A stretch of 64,000 nucleotides of DNA from an uncultured Aliarcobacter sp. GTDB lineage: Bacteria > Campylobacterota > Campylobacteria > Campylobacterales > Arcobacteraceae. This document shows, in pieces, positions 1 through 11,089 of this stretch; within the stretch, counting starts at the first letter, position 1; each line of letters opens with the position of its first letter. A program made the translations under genes and the position numbers. The DNA lies in NCBI GenBank assembly GCA_963677435.1, contig OY781945.1, positions 2,208,001 through 2,272,000 of the forward strand, written 5' to 3'. The notes under the pieces were generated by a model, which was not told the DNA's origin, searched no databases, and worked only from the letters and a program-made list of their open reading frames with translations.

Positions 1-849
1 AGTTGAAGTTCTTCCATCATAACTTTTTACATTAACCTCATCAAAACCAAATTCACTTCTTGTGTTCATATTTACACTGTCTTTTTCATAACTTGAATTA
101 ACAATAAAATTTTTCACTTCAAACATACTATCTGCTTCGTGGAACTCTATATTTTTGATTAAAGTTTTTGAATTTTGTTTATTTACATCTATTTCATAAT
201 CCATATTTATATCATTTATCGCAAAAGAACCATTTACATCAGAAACTTTTATTGTTGAAATAGAAAGATTTTTTTCATTTCCATGAATATCTTTTGTAAG
301 AATATTTACATTACCTTCAGGTAAAGTAGCATCTATATCAGCAATTTTATACTCTTTATTTTCATTTAAAGTCATTTGTAATTTTTTATCTTTTAGAAAA
401 CCTAAAAGCCATTTAGAATTTAAGTCATTTTTTTGACTTAAGTTGTCCATAGCAATTTTAGATAAACTTGTTAAATATAAATTTATATTTGCTTTTCCTG
501 TAAAGTTTTCTACAACAAAATCATAATCAAACTTTACACCTTTTAAAAAAAGCTCTTTTTGCTCTAAACTTAAAGCATTATAATTATCCATGAAATTTTT
601 TCTTAAATCTTCATCTTTTGAATAAGTAGAAAATAAAGCAGCAACTTTGTCAGGTTCAACTATCTCAATTTCACCTTTTGCACTTGTCTTTATATAGTTT
701 GTTGTTTGTTCTTGTTTAACACTAAATCCATTATTGTTAAGTTCTGCTTTTTTACTACTAATTTCATCATTTATTTTTGATTGATAAACAAATAATGCAG
801 CTGCTATCATTCCTAAAATAATAATTCCTAACCAAATAACTTTTTTCAT
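1..849 (-). CDS. Hypothetical membrane-anchored or exported protein (possibly YdgA/DUF945-like); 3' end runs off the window
   Basis: Not in the ORF track. ATG at 849 after a GAGG-like RBS; reads MKKVIWLGIIILGMIAAALFVYQSKINDE... and stays open to position 1; N-terminal hydrophobic helix. Confidence 0.75.
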   Translation of the reverse strand, partial: MKKVIWLGIIILGMIAAALFVYQSKINDEISSKKAELNNNGFSVKQEQTTNYIKTSAKGEIEIVEPDKVAALFSTYSKDEDLRKNFMDNYNALSLEQKELFLKGVKFDYDFVVENFTGKANINLYLTSLSKIAMDNLSQKNDLNSKWLLGFLKDKKLQMTLNENKEYKIADIDATLPEGNVNILTKDIHGNEKNLSISTIKVSDVNGSFAINDINMDYEIDVNKQNSKTLIKNIEFHEADSMFEVKNFIVNSSYEKDSVNMNTRSEFGFDEVNVKSYDGRTST

Positions 850-876
850 TCTGCCTCTTTTCTTTAATATTTATAT

Positions 877-1272
877 TTATTGGTAAATTATACCTTGGTA
901 TTTTAACCAACCATCTTCATGTTTTTTTCTTGGATCATGGTGAGTCCAATGAACAACTCCACCTTTATTATTCCACTCATATTCTCCATAAAACTCTATT
1001 GTATTACCTACTTGGATATTTTCAATTTTATTTGATAAATCAATATTATGAGCTATTAAAATAGTAAGATTTGAAGGTAATTTTACAAGAAACCTTTGAT
1101 GACGGCTTCCTTTTGTATCATCTTTTAAAACTTTTATTATTTTTCCTACTCCTTGAACTTGGATATCACTTTGTTTTGTCTGATAAGCTTTGTTTATTTC
1201 AGTATTACTAGCATTAGCAACATTTAAAAATAAGCAAAAAGTAGTAAACATTATAAATAGCAATTTCTTCAT
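877..1272 (-). CDS. DUF3465 family exported protein
   Basis: Signal peptide; motifs GSRHQRF, IAHNIDL, FYGEYEWNNKGGVVHWTHHDP. Confidence 0.8.
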   Translation of the reverse strand: MKKLLFIMFTTFCLFLNVANASNTEINKAYQTKQSDIQVQGVGKIIKVLKDDTKGSRHQRFLVKLPSNLTILIAHNIDLSNKIENIQVGNTIEFYGEYEWNNKGGVVHWTHHDPRKKHEDGWLKYQGIIYQ

Positions 1273-1377
1273 TTTTTCCCTTATATATTTGAGTTTTAAA
1301 TTTTTGTTGCTTATTATATTATGTGAAGATTAAAGTAAGTTATAATTGATTGGTTTATAAAATTATTATTAGAATTT

Positions 1378-1401
1378 AGAATAAGCAAAAATGCTTATTC
1401 T
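1378..1401 (-). terminator. Hairpin downstream of the antiporter gene
   Basis: Perfect inverted repeat AGAATAAGCA-AAAA-TGCTTATTCT. Confidence 0.55.
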
Positions 1402-1419
1402 TAGTAAAATGTTTATATA

Positions 1420-2745
1420 TTAAAATACATAAACAGCAGCAAACCAACCAAATAAAATTAGAGGAATGTTGTAGTGTAAAAAAGTGGGAACTACTGAATC
1501 CCAAATATGGTCATGTTGTCCATCTACATTTAGTCCAGATGTGGGTCCAAGTGTTGAATCAGAAGCAGGACTTCCAGCATCTCCAAGAGCAGCAGCAGTT
1601 CCAATGATTGTAATAGTTGCCATAACTGAAAAATCTAATTGTAAACATAAAGGTGCATAAATAGTAGCAATAATTGGAATAGTTGAAAAAGATGAACCAA
1701 TTCCCATAGTAATAAATAAACCTACTAATAACATCAATATAACAGCTAATGATTTATTATCTGCAATTAGTGAACTAACAGATGTTACTAAAGTTTCAAC
1801 TCCTCCTGTTGTATTTATAACACTTGCAAAACCATTTGCTGCAATCATAATAAATCCAATCATTCCCATCATTTTGAGACCTTTTGTAAAAAAGTCTTGT
1901 GTTTCATTTGCTTTTATAACACCAGCAACAATGAAGATGATAAATCCTGCAAGAGAACCTATAATAATAGAATCAGTATATAATTGTAATCCTAAAGCTG
2001 TAGCTATAGAAATAAGTGCAATAAAAATATAAAAAAGATTTATCTCTTTTTTTTCTGACTCTACTTCTAATATTTTACTTACATCATAAACTCTTTTTTT
2101 TCTATATGTAAATAAAACAGCAATAAGTAATCCAATAAACATACCAAATACAGGAATACTCATAGCAATTGGAAGTTGTGAAGAAATAGCTTCAATACCA
2201 TTTGAAGTAAGATTTTTTAATAAAATCTCATTTAAAAATATTCCACCAAAACCAAGTGGTAAAATCATATAAGTAGCAACTAAACCAAAAGTCATAACAC
2301 AAGCCACAACTCTTCTATCAAGTTGTAATTGAGCCATTGAGTGAAGTAATGGAGGAATTAAAATAGGGATAAATGCAATATGAACAGGAACTAAGTTTTG
2401 TGATGAAATAGCTGCAAATAGAATAAGTGCCAACATTATATATTTAATATAAATAAACTGCATCACAGAAGTTCCATTATTTACTTTTTTTATAATCATA
2501 TTTGATAATAAATCAGTAATTCCAGATTTTGAAATCGCAACAGCAAATGTTCCAAGCATTGCATAACTTAATGCAATTGTTGCACCATTTCCAAGACCTT
2601 TATTAAAAGCCTCTATTGTTTCATTCAATCCAAGTCCACCACTAAGACCACCAACTATTGCTCCAATAATTAAGGCAATTACAATATTTACTCTCATAAG
2701 AGAAAGTATAACCATTAGCGTTACAGCTACGATTACAGAATTCAT
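1420..2745 (-). CDS. Na+/H+ antiporter family protein (YuiF-like, putative amino-acid transporter)
   Basis: Multi-TM protein with [48 protein letters not shown] and HDHIWD motifs. Confidence 0.85.
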   Translation of the reverse strand: MNSVIVAVTLMVILSLMRVNIVIALIIGAIVGGLSGGLGLNETIEAFNKGLGNGATIALSYAMLGTFAVAISKSGITDLLSNMIIKKVNNGTSVMQFIYIKYIMLALILFAAISSQNLVPVHIAFIPILIPPLLHSMAQLQLDRRVVACVMTFGLVATYMILPLGFGGIFLNEILLKNLTSNGIEAISSQLPIAMSIPVFGMFIGLLIAVLFTYRKKRVYDVSKILEVESEKKEINLFYIFIALISIATALGLQLYTDSIIIGSLAGFIIFIVAGVIKANETQDFFTKGLKMMGMIGFIMIAANGFASVINTTGGVETLVTSVSSLIADNKSLAVILMLLVGLFITMGIGSSFSTIPIIATIYAPLCLQLDFSVMATITIIGTAAALGDAGSPASDSTLGPTSGLNVDGQHDHIWDSVVPTFLHYNIPLILFGWFAAVYVF

Positions 2746-2846
2746 CTGTTTTGTCCTTTGTCACATAAAAATTACATATTTTATGTACATTAATTTTAAA
2801 ATAAGGTGGAAGAATAGTTTAATGGAAGTAAAAAGAAGATAAAACG

Positions 2847-2878
2847 AAACATCATCTTTTAAATAAAAGATGATGTTT
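2847..2878 (-). terminator. Long hairpin downstream of the DUF2214 gene
   Basis: AAACATCATCTTTT-AAAT-AAAAGATGATGTTT, 14-bp perfect stem. Confidence 0.6.
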
Positions 2879-2892
2879 ATGAGATTTGAAGT

Positions 2893-3315
2893 CTAACCTC
2901 TAGCTATTAAAACACCTAATAAAGGCATAATAAATATCAATGCAAGTTGCATTCTAAATAACATAACTATTACTTTTGGTATTTTAATAGTTTCATCTGA
3001 AGTTTTTTTATTTTTAAGAAAAAACCTTGTTGGATAAATAGAAAGTAAAATCACTAAAACAAACATTGCTAGTTTTAAATGAAAAACCCAATTTGTTGAA
3101 TAAAAACTTGCATCTTTACCAACAAAAAGCCAAAGACTTAAACCACCGATTAAAGTAAGAACTATACTAATTATATAAATTAAATCTAAAAATGCAATTT
3201 TCTTAAATTGTTCCCTAGTCACTTGAGAAGATATAATCAAATGTTGAGCAACTAAAGTTGCACTTAAACTCATAATTCCAATAAAATGTAAATATCTAAA
3301 AAATATTTCTGTCAT
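2893..3315 (-). CDS. DUF2214 family membrane protein
   Basis: YLHF...D..Y...GK...FY..NWVFHLK...LSIYPT...LIARG pattern; start moved to ATG 3315 (RBS ACAGGA). Confidence 0.75.
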   Translation of the reverse strand: MTEIFFRYLHFIGIMSLSATLVAQHLIISSQVTREQFKKIAFLDLIYIISIVLTLIGGLSLWLFVGKDASFYSTNWVFHLKLAMFVLVILLSIYPTRFFLKNKKTSDETIKIPKVIVMLFRMQLALIFIMPLLGVLIARG

Positions 3316-3376
3316 TTGTTTTCCTGTAATATATTTTGAAAAAAGCATTTTAGTTAAATAGCTCTTATTTCTTCTT

Positions 3377-5739
3377 TTATTTACTTAATTTTTTTAATTC
3401 TTTTTTACTTTTAGGTGTTCCTGATTTTGTGTACCAATATTTTGCTTTATTAAAATCCTTTTTAATACCACCTTTTCCATAATGATAAATTAAGCCTAAA
3501 TTATAAGCTGAAAATTCATTACCGTTTTGAGCTGATTTAAGATAAAACTCTATTGCTTTATTTATATCTTTTTTAGTTCCTTTACCTAACTCATAATAGA
3601 TTGCTAATTGATTTGCAGCATCCTTATGATTTAGACTTTCAGCATTTTCATAATAAAAAAATGCTTTTTTATAATCTTTTATAGAATCATAATAATCCCC
3701 TAAGTTCATTGAAGCATATTCATTATTTTGTGCGATTTCTTTATAATATTTAGTTGCTTCAGAAATATCTTTTTCTACAAAATAACCTTTTTCATAAAAT
3801 AATCCAACCATGTTAATAGCATCAGGATAAGGCATAGCTTTTTTAAAATATTCAAAAGCTTTTGCATAATCTTTTTCAATAATTATGTCATCATAATATA
3901 ACCAACCAAGATTATAATATGCTCTTAAATATCCAGCTTTTGCAGCAATTTCGTAATACTCTTTAGCTTTTAATAAATCTTGTTTTACACCTTTTCCAAA
4001 GTTATACATCCAACCCAATGAAAAAGTATGCTCTATTGAACCTAGATTATGAAGTTTTAAAACATACTCTTTTGCCTTAGCATAATCAACATTTTTGTTT
4101 TGTCCACAAGAACCACATAAATACTCCCTTGCTAAAGTTTTAGTTGCATATAAATCACCTAAAGCTGAAGCTTTTTCATAATACTCTAAACCTTTTTTTC
4201 TATCTTCTCTTTTAGGAGCAAAATATGGAGGATTTATATAAAAACGAGCAAGAGTGTTAATAGTATCTATATCACCTTTATCTACTAAAATTTGATATGT
4301 TTTTAGCGCTTTATCTATATTTTCATCATCTTTTTCTTCTAAATAATAATCAGCTAAATCCATAATACTCTGTTTATCTTCAGTAGAAGCAGCAGATACT
4401 AGAAAATCTAGTTTCTCTTTTTTATCTCTATAAGAAAAAGTCTTCTTTATTTCTCTTATAAATAATATATCATCAAAAAGTTCTCCTTTTTTAACATATT
4501 TTGCTATTTCTTCTTGAAAATCTCTTTTTTTGTTGTATGAAGTTATTTCTTTTAAGAATATTTTTTGAAGCTCTTTATTTTGACTTTTATTAATATAATC
4601 TAACCATTTTTTAGAAGCAGCATAGTTTTCTGGATTATAAGAGTATGAACTTCTTTTTTGTGTAGCTAATAAAACGATAGCTTTTTTATTTCCATCTTTT
4701 GCTAATTCTTCTAATATTTCATTACTTTTATCATACATAGATTTTGATTCATAATAATTTGCTAATGAATTTGACCATCTTTTGTTTGTGATAATTTATT
4801 TACAAAATCAAAATATTCATTTAAAGTCTCTTTTGATTTACTATACTCTCGTAAAAGTCTCATAGAGGCTTCTTCATTTCCTAATAATGCAGCTTTTTCA
4901 TAATAAGAATAGGCTTTTTCTTCATCTATTTTCATATTTTTTCGTACATCACCTCTTAAATAAACATACCCTAATTCTAAAAGTGCTTTTTCATTTTTTG
5001 CATCATATTTTAAACCCTCTTCATATAAAGATATTGCTCTTTTATAATCAAAATTTTGGTTAAATACTTTAGCAATTTCAAAAATATTTTCACTATCTTT
5101 TGAGTTAATTATTTTATTGAGTGCAAAATCTAATTTTTGTTTTGATTCTTCATCTTGTTTTCTCAGAAGAACTTTGATTTGCTTTTTATAATAAGCAATT
5201 GGAAAATCAAGATTTTTATTTTTCATATAAGTTATTAACTTCTCTGCATCTTCTGATCTATAAAAATTATCATAAATTTTATATAGTTCATTAAAATCCT
5301 CAACTGAAAGTTTATCTATAATTTTATCTTGTTCATTTTTTACAAAATCAAAATTATAAGCAGATAACTCAATTCTAATAATTGCAATATTAGCTTTTGG
5401 ATAATTTTTGCTTGCTGATAATTTATATAATTTAAATGCTTTTTCTTTTCCATTAACAAACATATCTTGATATTTTTCATAAACACTTGCCATATCATAA
5501 ATATCTTTTGCATCTTTACTTTCATTGATTAAATCAAACCATTTAGAATAGTTTTTTAATCCCTCAACTGTATGAGGATAATCATAATGTTCTGATAAAC
5601 TCAACATAGCTTTTATATCACTAATATTAGCTTTTTGAATTAGTTCTTCTTTTGGTGGAACTTGTGGAGTGTTTAAATTTAATGTACTACATCCAGTTAA
5701 ATAGAGCAATACAAAAATAAATAAAATGATTTTTTTCAT
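3377..5739 (-). pseudogene. Sel1-repeat (SLR) lipoprotein split by an apparent 1-nt deletion near 4767 (ORFs 4762-5739 and 3377-4738)
   Basis: Lipobox LTGC; Sel1 repeats (LGWMYNFGKGVKQD, LAIYYELGKGTKKD). Adding one base joins ...KDGQI to xLANYYESKSMYDK and gives one 787-aa frame. Confidence 0.75.
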
Positions 5740-5872
5740 TGTTTACCTTTGATTGTTTTTTAAAATAAGGCATAATAATATATTTTATTTACTTATTATT
5801 AGCTAATTTGTAACCAATTAATATATATAATTATTAAACAAATAGTGATTTTAGAAGATTTTAAAGTGCTTG

Positions 5873-6496
5873 TTACTTTTGAAAGTGTTGATAATCTTTT
5901 ATATTTTTCCAATCACCACCCCATTTCCATCCATACTTTTTAAATATTTGAACAGCTTTACTTGAAGATGTTAATACAGCTTTATTTTCAATGGAATCAT
6001 CATTTAATTTTCTAATTAAATATTTTTGTGAAGCTTCATGGGAAGTTGTACCATTTGAATAAACATAAGGGTTTTCTAAAGGATTTAAATCAATAGCTTT
6101 ACCATAAGAGTGTTTTGAATACTTTTGGCTTCCTTCTGCTTTTCTACAATTAAAAGCTGATGTATTATCAGCTTCAATTGAAGCAAAATCATCACCATTA
6201 TATTTTTCTATGGGAATGATTTGCTTAATTGCATAGGATATTTCGAATAATTCTTTAAATATTTCAGTGACTTCAAAAGCAAGGTCTTTATGAACAATAA
6301 TATCTCCCCAATAAATATTGTTATCAAAACCTAAATATTTAACATTTACTATTCGTAAGTCATCTAAAGAGACTGGACACTCTTTATGATAAGTAAGTCC
6401 TATCATTTTATTGGCATATTTTTCATCTATTAGTTTTATATTAGAAGCATTTAAATAAGTTGAAATAAAAATAACTACTAAAAAATAAATTTTCAT
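5873..6496 (-). CDS. M15 family metallopeptidase (peptidoglycan carboxypeptidase-like)
   Basis: SAFNCR, SKHSYGKAIDLNP and WGGDW..DYQHF motifs; signal peptide. Confidence 0.85.
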   Translation of the reverse strand: MKIYFLVVIFISTYLNASNIKLIDEKYANKMIGLTYHKECPVSLDDLRIVNVKYLGFDNNIYWGDIIVHKDLAFEVTEIFKELFEISYAIKQIIPIEKYNGDDFASIEADNTSAFNCRKAEGSQKYSKHSYGKAIDLNPLENPYVYSNGTTSHEASQKYLIRKLNDDSIENKAVLTSSSKAVQIFKKYGWKWGGDWKNIKDYQHFQK

Positions 6497-6519
6497 ATTT
6501 GTTTATAAGCCTTGTATAA

Positions 6520-6933
6520 TTAATTTTTTATTTTACCTAAAACTTCATTTTGATAAATCAATATTCCAGCTAATATGAAAACAACATTTTTTACAATATA
6601 TTGTCCAACTAAAGTAAAGGCATAAGGTGTTTGAGTAAATGATAACTCAGGCAAAATAAACAATGGTGCAAAAGTGCAAATCATATGTCCTAAAAATGCA
6701 AAAACTACATATCTTGTGTAAATACCAAAAATAAATCCTAAACCAATTCCCACTTCTAAAATAGCTAAAAGTTTAATTGATACGATTGGACTAATCAATC
6801 CAAAAAACAAAATATCAATAGTTTGCGTAGCTAATGCTTCTGCTGGACTTAAACTTGGAAAAAACTTCAACATACCATACCATAAAAAAATTATCCCTAA
6901 TGATAATCTAATTAACTTAATCGTCCTACTCAT
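6520..6933 (-). CDS. DoxX family membrane protein
   Basis: RLSLGIIFLWYGMLKFFP..SPAE and GQYIVKN motifs. Confidence 0.75.
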   Translation of the reverse strand: MSRTIKLIRLSLGIIFLWYGMLKFFPSLSPAEALATQTIDILFFGLISPIVSIKLLAILEVGIGLGFIFGIYTRYVVFAFLGHMICTFAPLFILPELSFTQTPYAFTLVGQYIVKNVVFILAGILIYQNEVLGKIKN

Positions 6934-7021
6934 AAATACTCCTTTTTTAAAGGCAGAATTATATGTATTTTAAACTTCAATATAAATTAATAGTTATTAT
7001 CATTATTGATTTAATAATTAT

Positions 7022-8482
7022 TTACGGTCTATAAACTTTTATATTTGTATAATTTTCTGCATCTCTTAAAAACTGTGCATGAAGCTGACTTAAAATTCCT
7101 TTATCACAATAGAATAAATATTGTTTATCTTGTGGAAGTTTTTTGAATTCACTTTTTAATTTGTAAAATGGAATTTTTAGTGTTTCACAAGATGTTTCAA
7201 TACAATCAGCACTTTGTCTAATATCAATAACTGTGTATTCACCACTACTTAAATCACTCACTACTTCCATTTGTCCAATTTCACTAACATCTTGAGCAAT
7301 TTCATCTACATTCACAAAAACTGAGTTTTTAACAGCTTCATCTAAAACCGTATAATCAAATCTTCTAGCTTCACTGGCAATTCTTTCATAATTTCCATGG
7401 GTTACTGGATTTTTTGAAATAACTCCACAATACTCAGGCATTGATTCAGCAAATCTGCTTGTTCCAATATTATTTGCTATTTCTATAATATCAGGTTTAC
7501 TCATCATAGCAAGTGGTCTTAATACAAGTTTATTTGTAGCTTGGTCAATTAAGGCTAGATTTCTTAAAGTTTGACTTGAAACTTGAGCAACACTTTCACC
7601 TGTTACAAGTGCATCAATCTTCATAGTATCAGCTATTTTTTCAGAAGCAATTAACATAAGTCTTTTTAACATAACTCCCATATATGGTTCACTTACACTT
7701 TTGAATATTTCAGTTACAACATCATCAAAAGGAACAGAAATAAACTGAACTCTATGAGAAGCTCCAAATTTATTCCATAAATAATAAGCTACTTGTTTTA
7801 CTCCTATTTCATGTGCAATTCCACCCAGATTAAAGAAAATAAAGTGAGTTTTAATTCCTCTTTTCATAGTTAAATATGAAGCTACAGTTGAGTCAAATCC
7901 ACCTGACATAAGAGATAAAATACTTCCTTGACTTCCTATTGGAAATCCACCCATTCCCATGTGTTTGTGAGTAATTATATTTAATTGAGCAAATACAAGT
8001 TCAATATTTATTGTAACTTCTGCATTTTTTAAAGCAACACCTTTTGTGTCATTCATTGCTAACATATATCCACCAACAGTTTGTTCAACTTGTGTTGATT
8101 TAAACTCTTGAGTTCCTGTTCTTTTGCATCTGATTACAAAAGATTTACCTTGTATTTCGTGTGCCATCATTTCATTTACTTTTACTTTGATGTCATCTAA
8201 AGTATGCATATTGTCAAATTGCATTGCTTCTAGTATTTGTTGAATCCCTGGTGTGTCAAGAAGTTTCATTCTTACTTCATCAACCACTTCAATTGGACAT
8301 ACAACTTCTATCTTATCAAAAAACTTTTTTACAGTTATATCTTTTGAAGTTTTTGATAAAAGATTCACTAAGTTGTTATAAACTTGAGAAATCATCTGTC
8401 TTTTTGCAGTTGAACCTTTTATCATTATTTCAGTGAAATACTTAATTATAAATTTTTGAGTTTTGATCCCGTGGTTATTCAT
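7022..8482 (-). CDS. thiI: tRNA 4-thiouridine(8) synthase ThiI with C-terminal rhodanese-like domain
   Basis: THUMP region, PP-loop SGGFDS, TGESVAQVSSQT, EYCGVIS, C-terminal FYCDKG. Confidence 0.95.
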   Translation of the reverse strand: MNNHGIKTQKFIIKYFTEIMIKGSTAKRQMISQVYNNLVNLLSKTSKDITVKKFFDKIEVVCPIEVVDEVRMKLLDTPGIQQILEAMQFDNMHTLDDIKVKVNEMMAHEIQGKSFVIRCKRTGTQEFKSTQVEQTVGGYMLAMNDTKGVALKNAEVTINIELVFAQLNIITHKHMGMGGFPIGSQGSILSLMSGGFDSTVASYLTMKRGIKTHFIFFNLGGIAHEIGVKQVAYYLWNKFGASHRVQFISVPFDDVVTEIFKSVSEPYMGVMLKRLMLIASEKIADTMKIDALVTGESVAQVSSQTLRNLALIDQATNKLVLRPLAMMSKPDIIEIANNIGTSRFAESMPEYCGVISKNPVTHGNYERIASEARRFDYTVLDEAVKNSVFVNVDEIAQDVSEIGQMEVVSDLSSGEYTVIDIRQSADCIETSCETLKIPFYKLKSEFKKLPQDKQYLFYCDKGILSQLHAQFLRDAENYTNIKVYRP

Positions 8483-8509
8483 TATTGCAAAGCCTTGTGT
8501 ATTTTAATT

Positions 8510-8525
8510 GGGCGCGATTATAACA
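8510..8525 (-). promoter_or_regulatory. Extended -10 promoter of thiI with GC-rich discriminator
   Basis: Minus strand reads TGTTATAAT-CGCGCCC about 30 nt upstream of the start. Confidence 0.6.
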
Positions 8526-8632
8526 TAAGAGTGCTTTTGATACTTATTTTTGCTTAAGAGTTAGCCCTTTTTATTTTTCTCTATAATATTTTTTGACATA
8601 ATACGCACTCATTTTTACCAAAGGCTTAATTT

Positions 8633-8833
8633 ATGCAAGAGAACCAATACGAAAAAATAAAAGTACTATTTTTAAAACTAATAGAAGAGACAAAAGAACT
8701 AAGTGAAGTAGAATTTGAAAAAGTTTTAATTCAAGTTTTTAAAGAGAATTCATTTTCACCTGAAGTAAAAGATAGATTAGTTATTGATATTTCAAATATG
8801 AGAGAAAAAATAGTAAAAAATTTAAATATATAA
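8633..8833 (+). CDS. Hypothetical protein (66 aa)
   Basis: AAGG RBS then ATG; helical charged sequence; next gene follows 12 nt later. Confidence 0.6.
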   Translation: MQENQYEKIKVLFLKLIEETKELSEVEFEKVLIQVFKENSFSPEVKDRLVIDISNMREKIVKNLNI

Positions 8834-8845
8834 AAGGACAAAAAT

Positions 8846-9103
8846 ATGGATATTGATAATTTAGAAGATTTATCAAAAGAGTTAAAAAACGATGAAAATG
8901 CACATGTAATTGCACTTTTTGAAGAGTATGCTAAAACTCATAATATTACAGAAGAAAAACTAGAACAAATATTATCAAAAGAACATGACTGTTTTAAATG
9001 TGAAAGTTGCCACAAATTTTATTGTTATGATGAATACTCATTTTTTGATGAAAAGTGTATTTACTGTTGTGATACAGATGACGAAGATGGAGAAGAGTTT
9101 TAA
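8846..9103 (+). CDS. Small acidic Cys-rich protein (putative Zn-finger)
   Basis: AAGGA RBS; CFKCESC...C...CIYCC and acidic tail DTDDEDGEEF. Confidence 0.7.
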   Translation: MDIDNLEDLSKELKNDENAHVIALFEEYAKTHNITEEKLEQILSKEHDCFKCESCHKFYCYDEYSFFDEKCIYCCDTDDEDGEEF

Positions 9104-9160
9104 TTTTTAATGATTTTTTATATGTATTTCCAAGCAAAAGCTTGGGGATAAGGAAATATC

Positions 9161-9673
9161 TCATTTTTCTTGTTTTAATTCTCCCAATATAATATATTTA
9201 CGTTTTTCATTTTCAAATAAATATAAAAATCCATTCTTAAAATCAACACATTTATTTGCTAAAAAATTATCTGGAAGTTTTATCTTTTTATTTGATTCTG
9301 AAGAAAAGATATCTATTTCCCCACGATTAAATTTAAACATTTCTATATTATTATCAAGAGATGTTACAAAAGCCCAATTTCCTTCCTCTCCAACGTAAGA
9401 TATTTTTTTCAAATAATTATTCATTTGAATTATTTCATTTGAATTTTTATTATTATCAATATTAGACTCATAAGGATTTATTACACATATACTATTATAA
9501 TGTTTGTCAGTTAAGTTTGTAATTTTAATTAAACTATTATTTTGCCATTTATTAAGTAATTCTATTTGTAATTGATTTTCTGTTTTAAAAACTAATTTTT
9601 TTGCAAAGATAATTAAAATTAAGATAATCAAAGTAATCTTTAAAATCTTTACTACTTTATTATTTTTAAACAT
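9161..9673 (-). CDS. Hypothetical protein with N-terminal membrane anchor
   Basis: 170-aa ORF with one hydrophobic helix; no family recognised. Confidence 0.6.
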   Translation of the reverse strand: MFKNNKVVKILKITLIILILIIFAKKLVFKTENQLQIELLNKWQNNSLIKITNLTDKHYNSICVINPYESNIDNNKNSNEIIQMNNYLKKISYVGEEGNWAFVTSLDNNIEMFKFNRGEIDIFSSESNKKIKLPDNFLANKCVDFKNGFLYLFENEKRKYIILGELKQEK

Positions 9674-9830
9674 CTGTTAATACTTTTATTTTTTGATTTT
9701 ATTATACTTAATAAAAGTTTTTCATTTTATAAAAACATTTTTTATTACAAATTGAAATAAAATTGGGTGCAAAAAAAATTCTTTACTATAATTCATTTAT
9801 ATTTAAAAAGATTAAAAATCAAGGAATAAA

Positions 9831-10226
9831 ATGAATATTTGTGGAATTGAATTAAAAGCTAATAATGCTGTTTTAGTTGTATTAAAAGACAATGAATATA
9901 TAGATACTAAAATCAAAAAAATAATACTTGAAGATGATGAAAAACAAGAAGATATTAGAAAATTTTGCAATGAGTTTTTAGACTTCTTACAAAAAAATGA
10001 GATTGAAAAAATCTTCATAAAAAAACGAGCAAAAAAAGGCAATTTTTCAGGTGGTGCAGTTACTTTCAAAATGGAAGGCTTAATCCAACTAAATCCACTT
10101 TGTTCGGTGGAATTAATATCAACTCAAACTATTAGTAGCTTTGAAAAGAAAAATCAGATTCAATTTCCAAAAGAGTTAAACAAATATCAAGAACAAGCTT
10201 ATTTAACAGCACTTTGTAATCTATAA
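9831..10226 (+). CDS. DUF3010 family protein
   Basis: ICGIELK, IKKRAKKGNFSGGAVTFKMEGLIQL and YQEQAY motifs; AAGGA RBS. Confidence 0.75.
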   Translation: MNICGIELKANNAVLVVLKDNEYIDTKIKKIILEDDEKQEDIRKFCNEFLDFLQKNEIEKIFIKKRAKKGNFSGGAVTFKMEGLIQLNPLCSVELISTQTISSFEKKNQIQFPKELNKYQEQAYLTALCNL

Positions 10227-10268
10227 AATAGAATGATATAATAAAACAAAATTTAAAGAGGTGATTAT

Positions 10269-10691
10269 ATGAGAGTAATTTGTCCTAGTTGTTTGAGTAT
10301 AAACAATGTACCTAAAAAAGATTCTTATTTAAAAGCAAATTGTGGAAAATGTAAAGAGTCACTATTAGATAACAAACCTATAAATCTAACAAATGCAAAC
10401 TTTGATGAGATTATTGTAAATAGTGAGATTCCTGTGATTGTAGATTTTTGGGCTTCTTGGTGTGGTCCTTGTAAAATGTTTGCACCAATATTTGATGAAA
10501 GTGCAAAAAAATATCCACTAAAAGCAGTTTTTGCAAAAGTAAATACAGAAGTTGAACAAGATATAAGTGGAAAATATCATATCATGTCAATTCCAACTTT
10601 GATTGTATATAAAGATGGGGTTGAAGTAAAAAGAGTAAGTGGAGCTTTAGATCCATTAAGATTATCAAATTTAGTAAATGAATTTATCTAA
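10269..10691 (+). CDS. trxC: Thioredoxin 2 with N-terminal Zn-binding CxxC pairs
   Basis: CPSC and CGKC followed by the WCGPC active site. Confidence 0.9.
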   Translation: MRVICPSCLSINNVPKKDSYLKANCGKCKESLLDNKPINLTNANFDEIIVNSEIPVIVDFWASWCGPCKMFAPIFDESAKKYPLKAVFAKVNTEVEQDISGKYHIMSIPTLIVYKDGVEVKRVSGALDPLRLSNLVNEFI

Positions 10692-10702
10692 TACTTTATA
10701 TA

Positions 10703-10731
10703 AAATAAACTCGTATAAAACGAGTTTATTT
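10703..10731. terminator. Bidirectional terminator hairpin between convergent trxC and cupin genes
   Basis: AAATAAACTCGT-ATAAA-ACGAGTTTATTT. Confidence 0.65.
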
Positions 10732-10735
10732 GGAT

Positions 10736-11089
10736 TTATAACATAGTTAATTTATCTTCTTTTGTAGTTATCATACATAAAAATTCATAACCACTACCAT
10801 AACATGCATCATATTTATGAGCAACACCTGCTGGAATATAGATAAAATCTCCTGCTTTTGCATGGTATTCTTCATCACCAACTATTACTTTTGCTTCACC
10901 TTTTAAAACATATTGTTGATGTTGAATTTCATTTATATGATTTGGCATAGAACCATCAACTGCTAAAGTCACTTTTCTAACAATAAAATCTTTATCCTCT
11001 TTTGGAGTTAAAACCGCAATTGATGCATCTACTGTTTTTGGAATACAGTTTGATTCATAAACATCTGAATTATTACAATATTTGTTCAT
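10736..11089 (-). CDS. Cupin domain protein
   Basis: PNH...HQQYVLKG...GDFIYIPAGVAH cupin motifs. Confidence 0.85.
   Translation of the reverse strand: MNKYCNNSDVYESNCIPKTVDASIAVLTPKEDKDFIVRKVTLAVDGSMPNHINEIQHQQYVLKGEAKVIVGDEEYHAKAGDFIYIPAGVAHKYDACYGSGYEFLCMITTKEDKLTML

Noticed and set aside
2773..2787. TACATA-TTT-TATGTA dyad upstream of the antiporter as a HutC-like operator
   Set aside because: Short and AT-rich, does not match the spacing I would expect, and no hut genes are in the window.
9128..9150. CCAAGC-AAAA-GCTTGG hairpin as a REP or attC element
   Set aside because: Single copy in the window with no transposase or integrase; adequately explained as a terminator between convergent genes.
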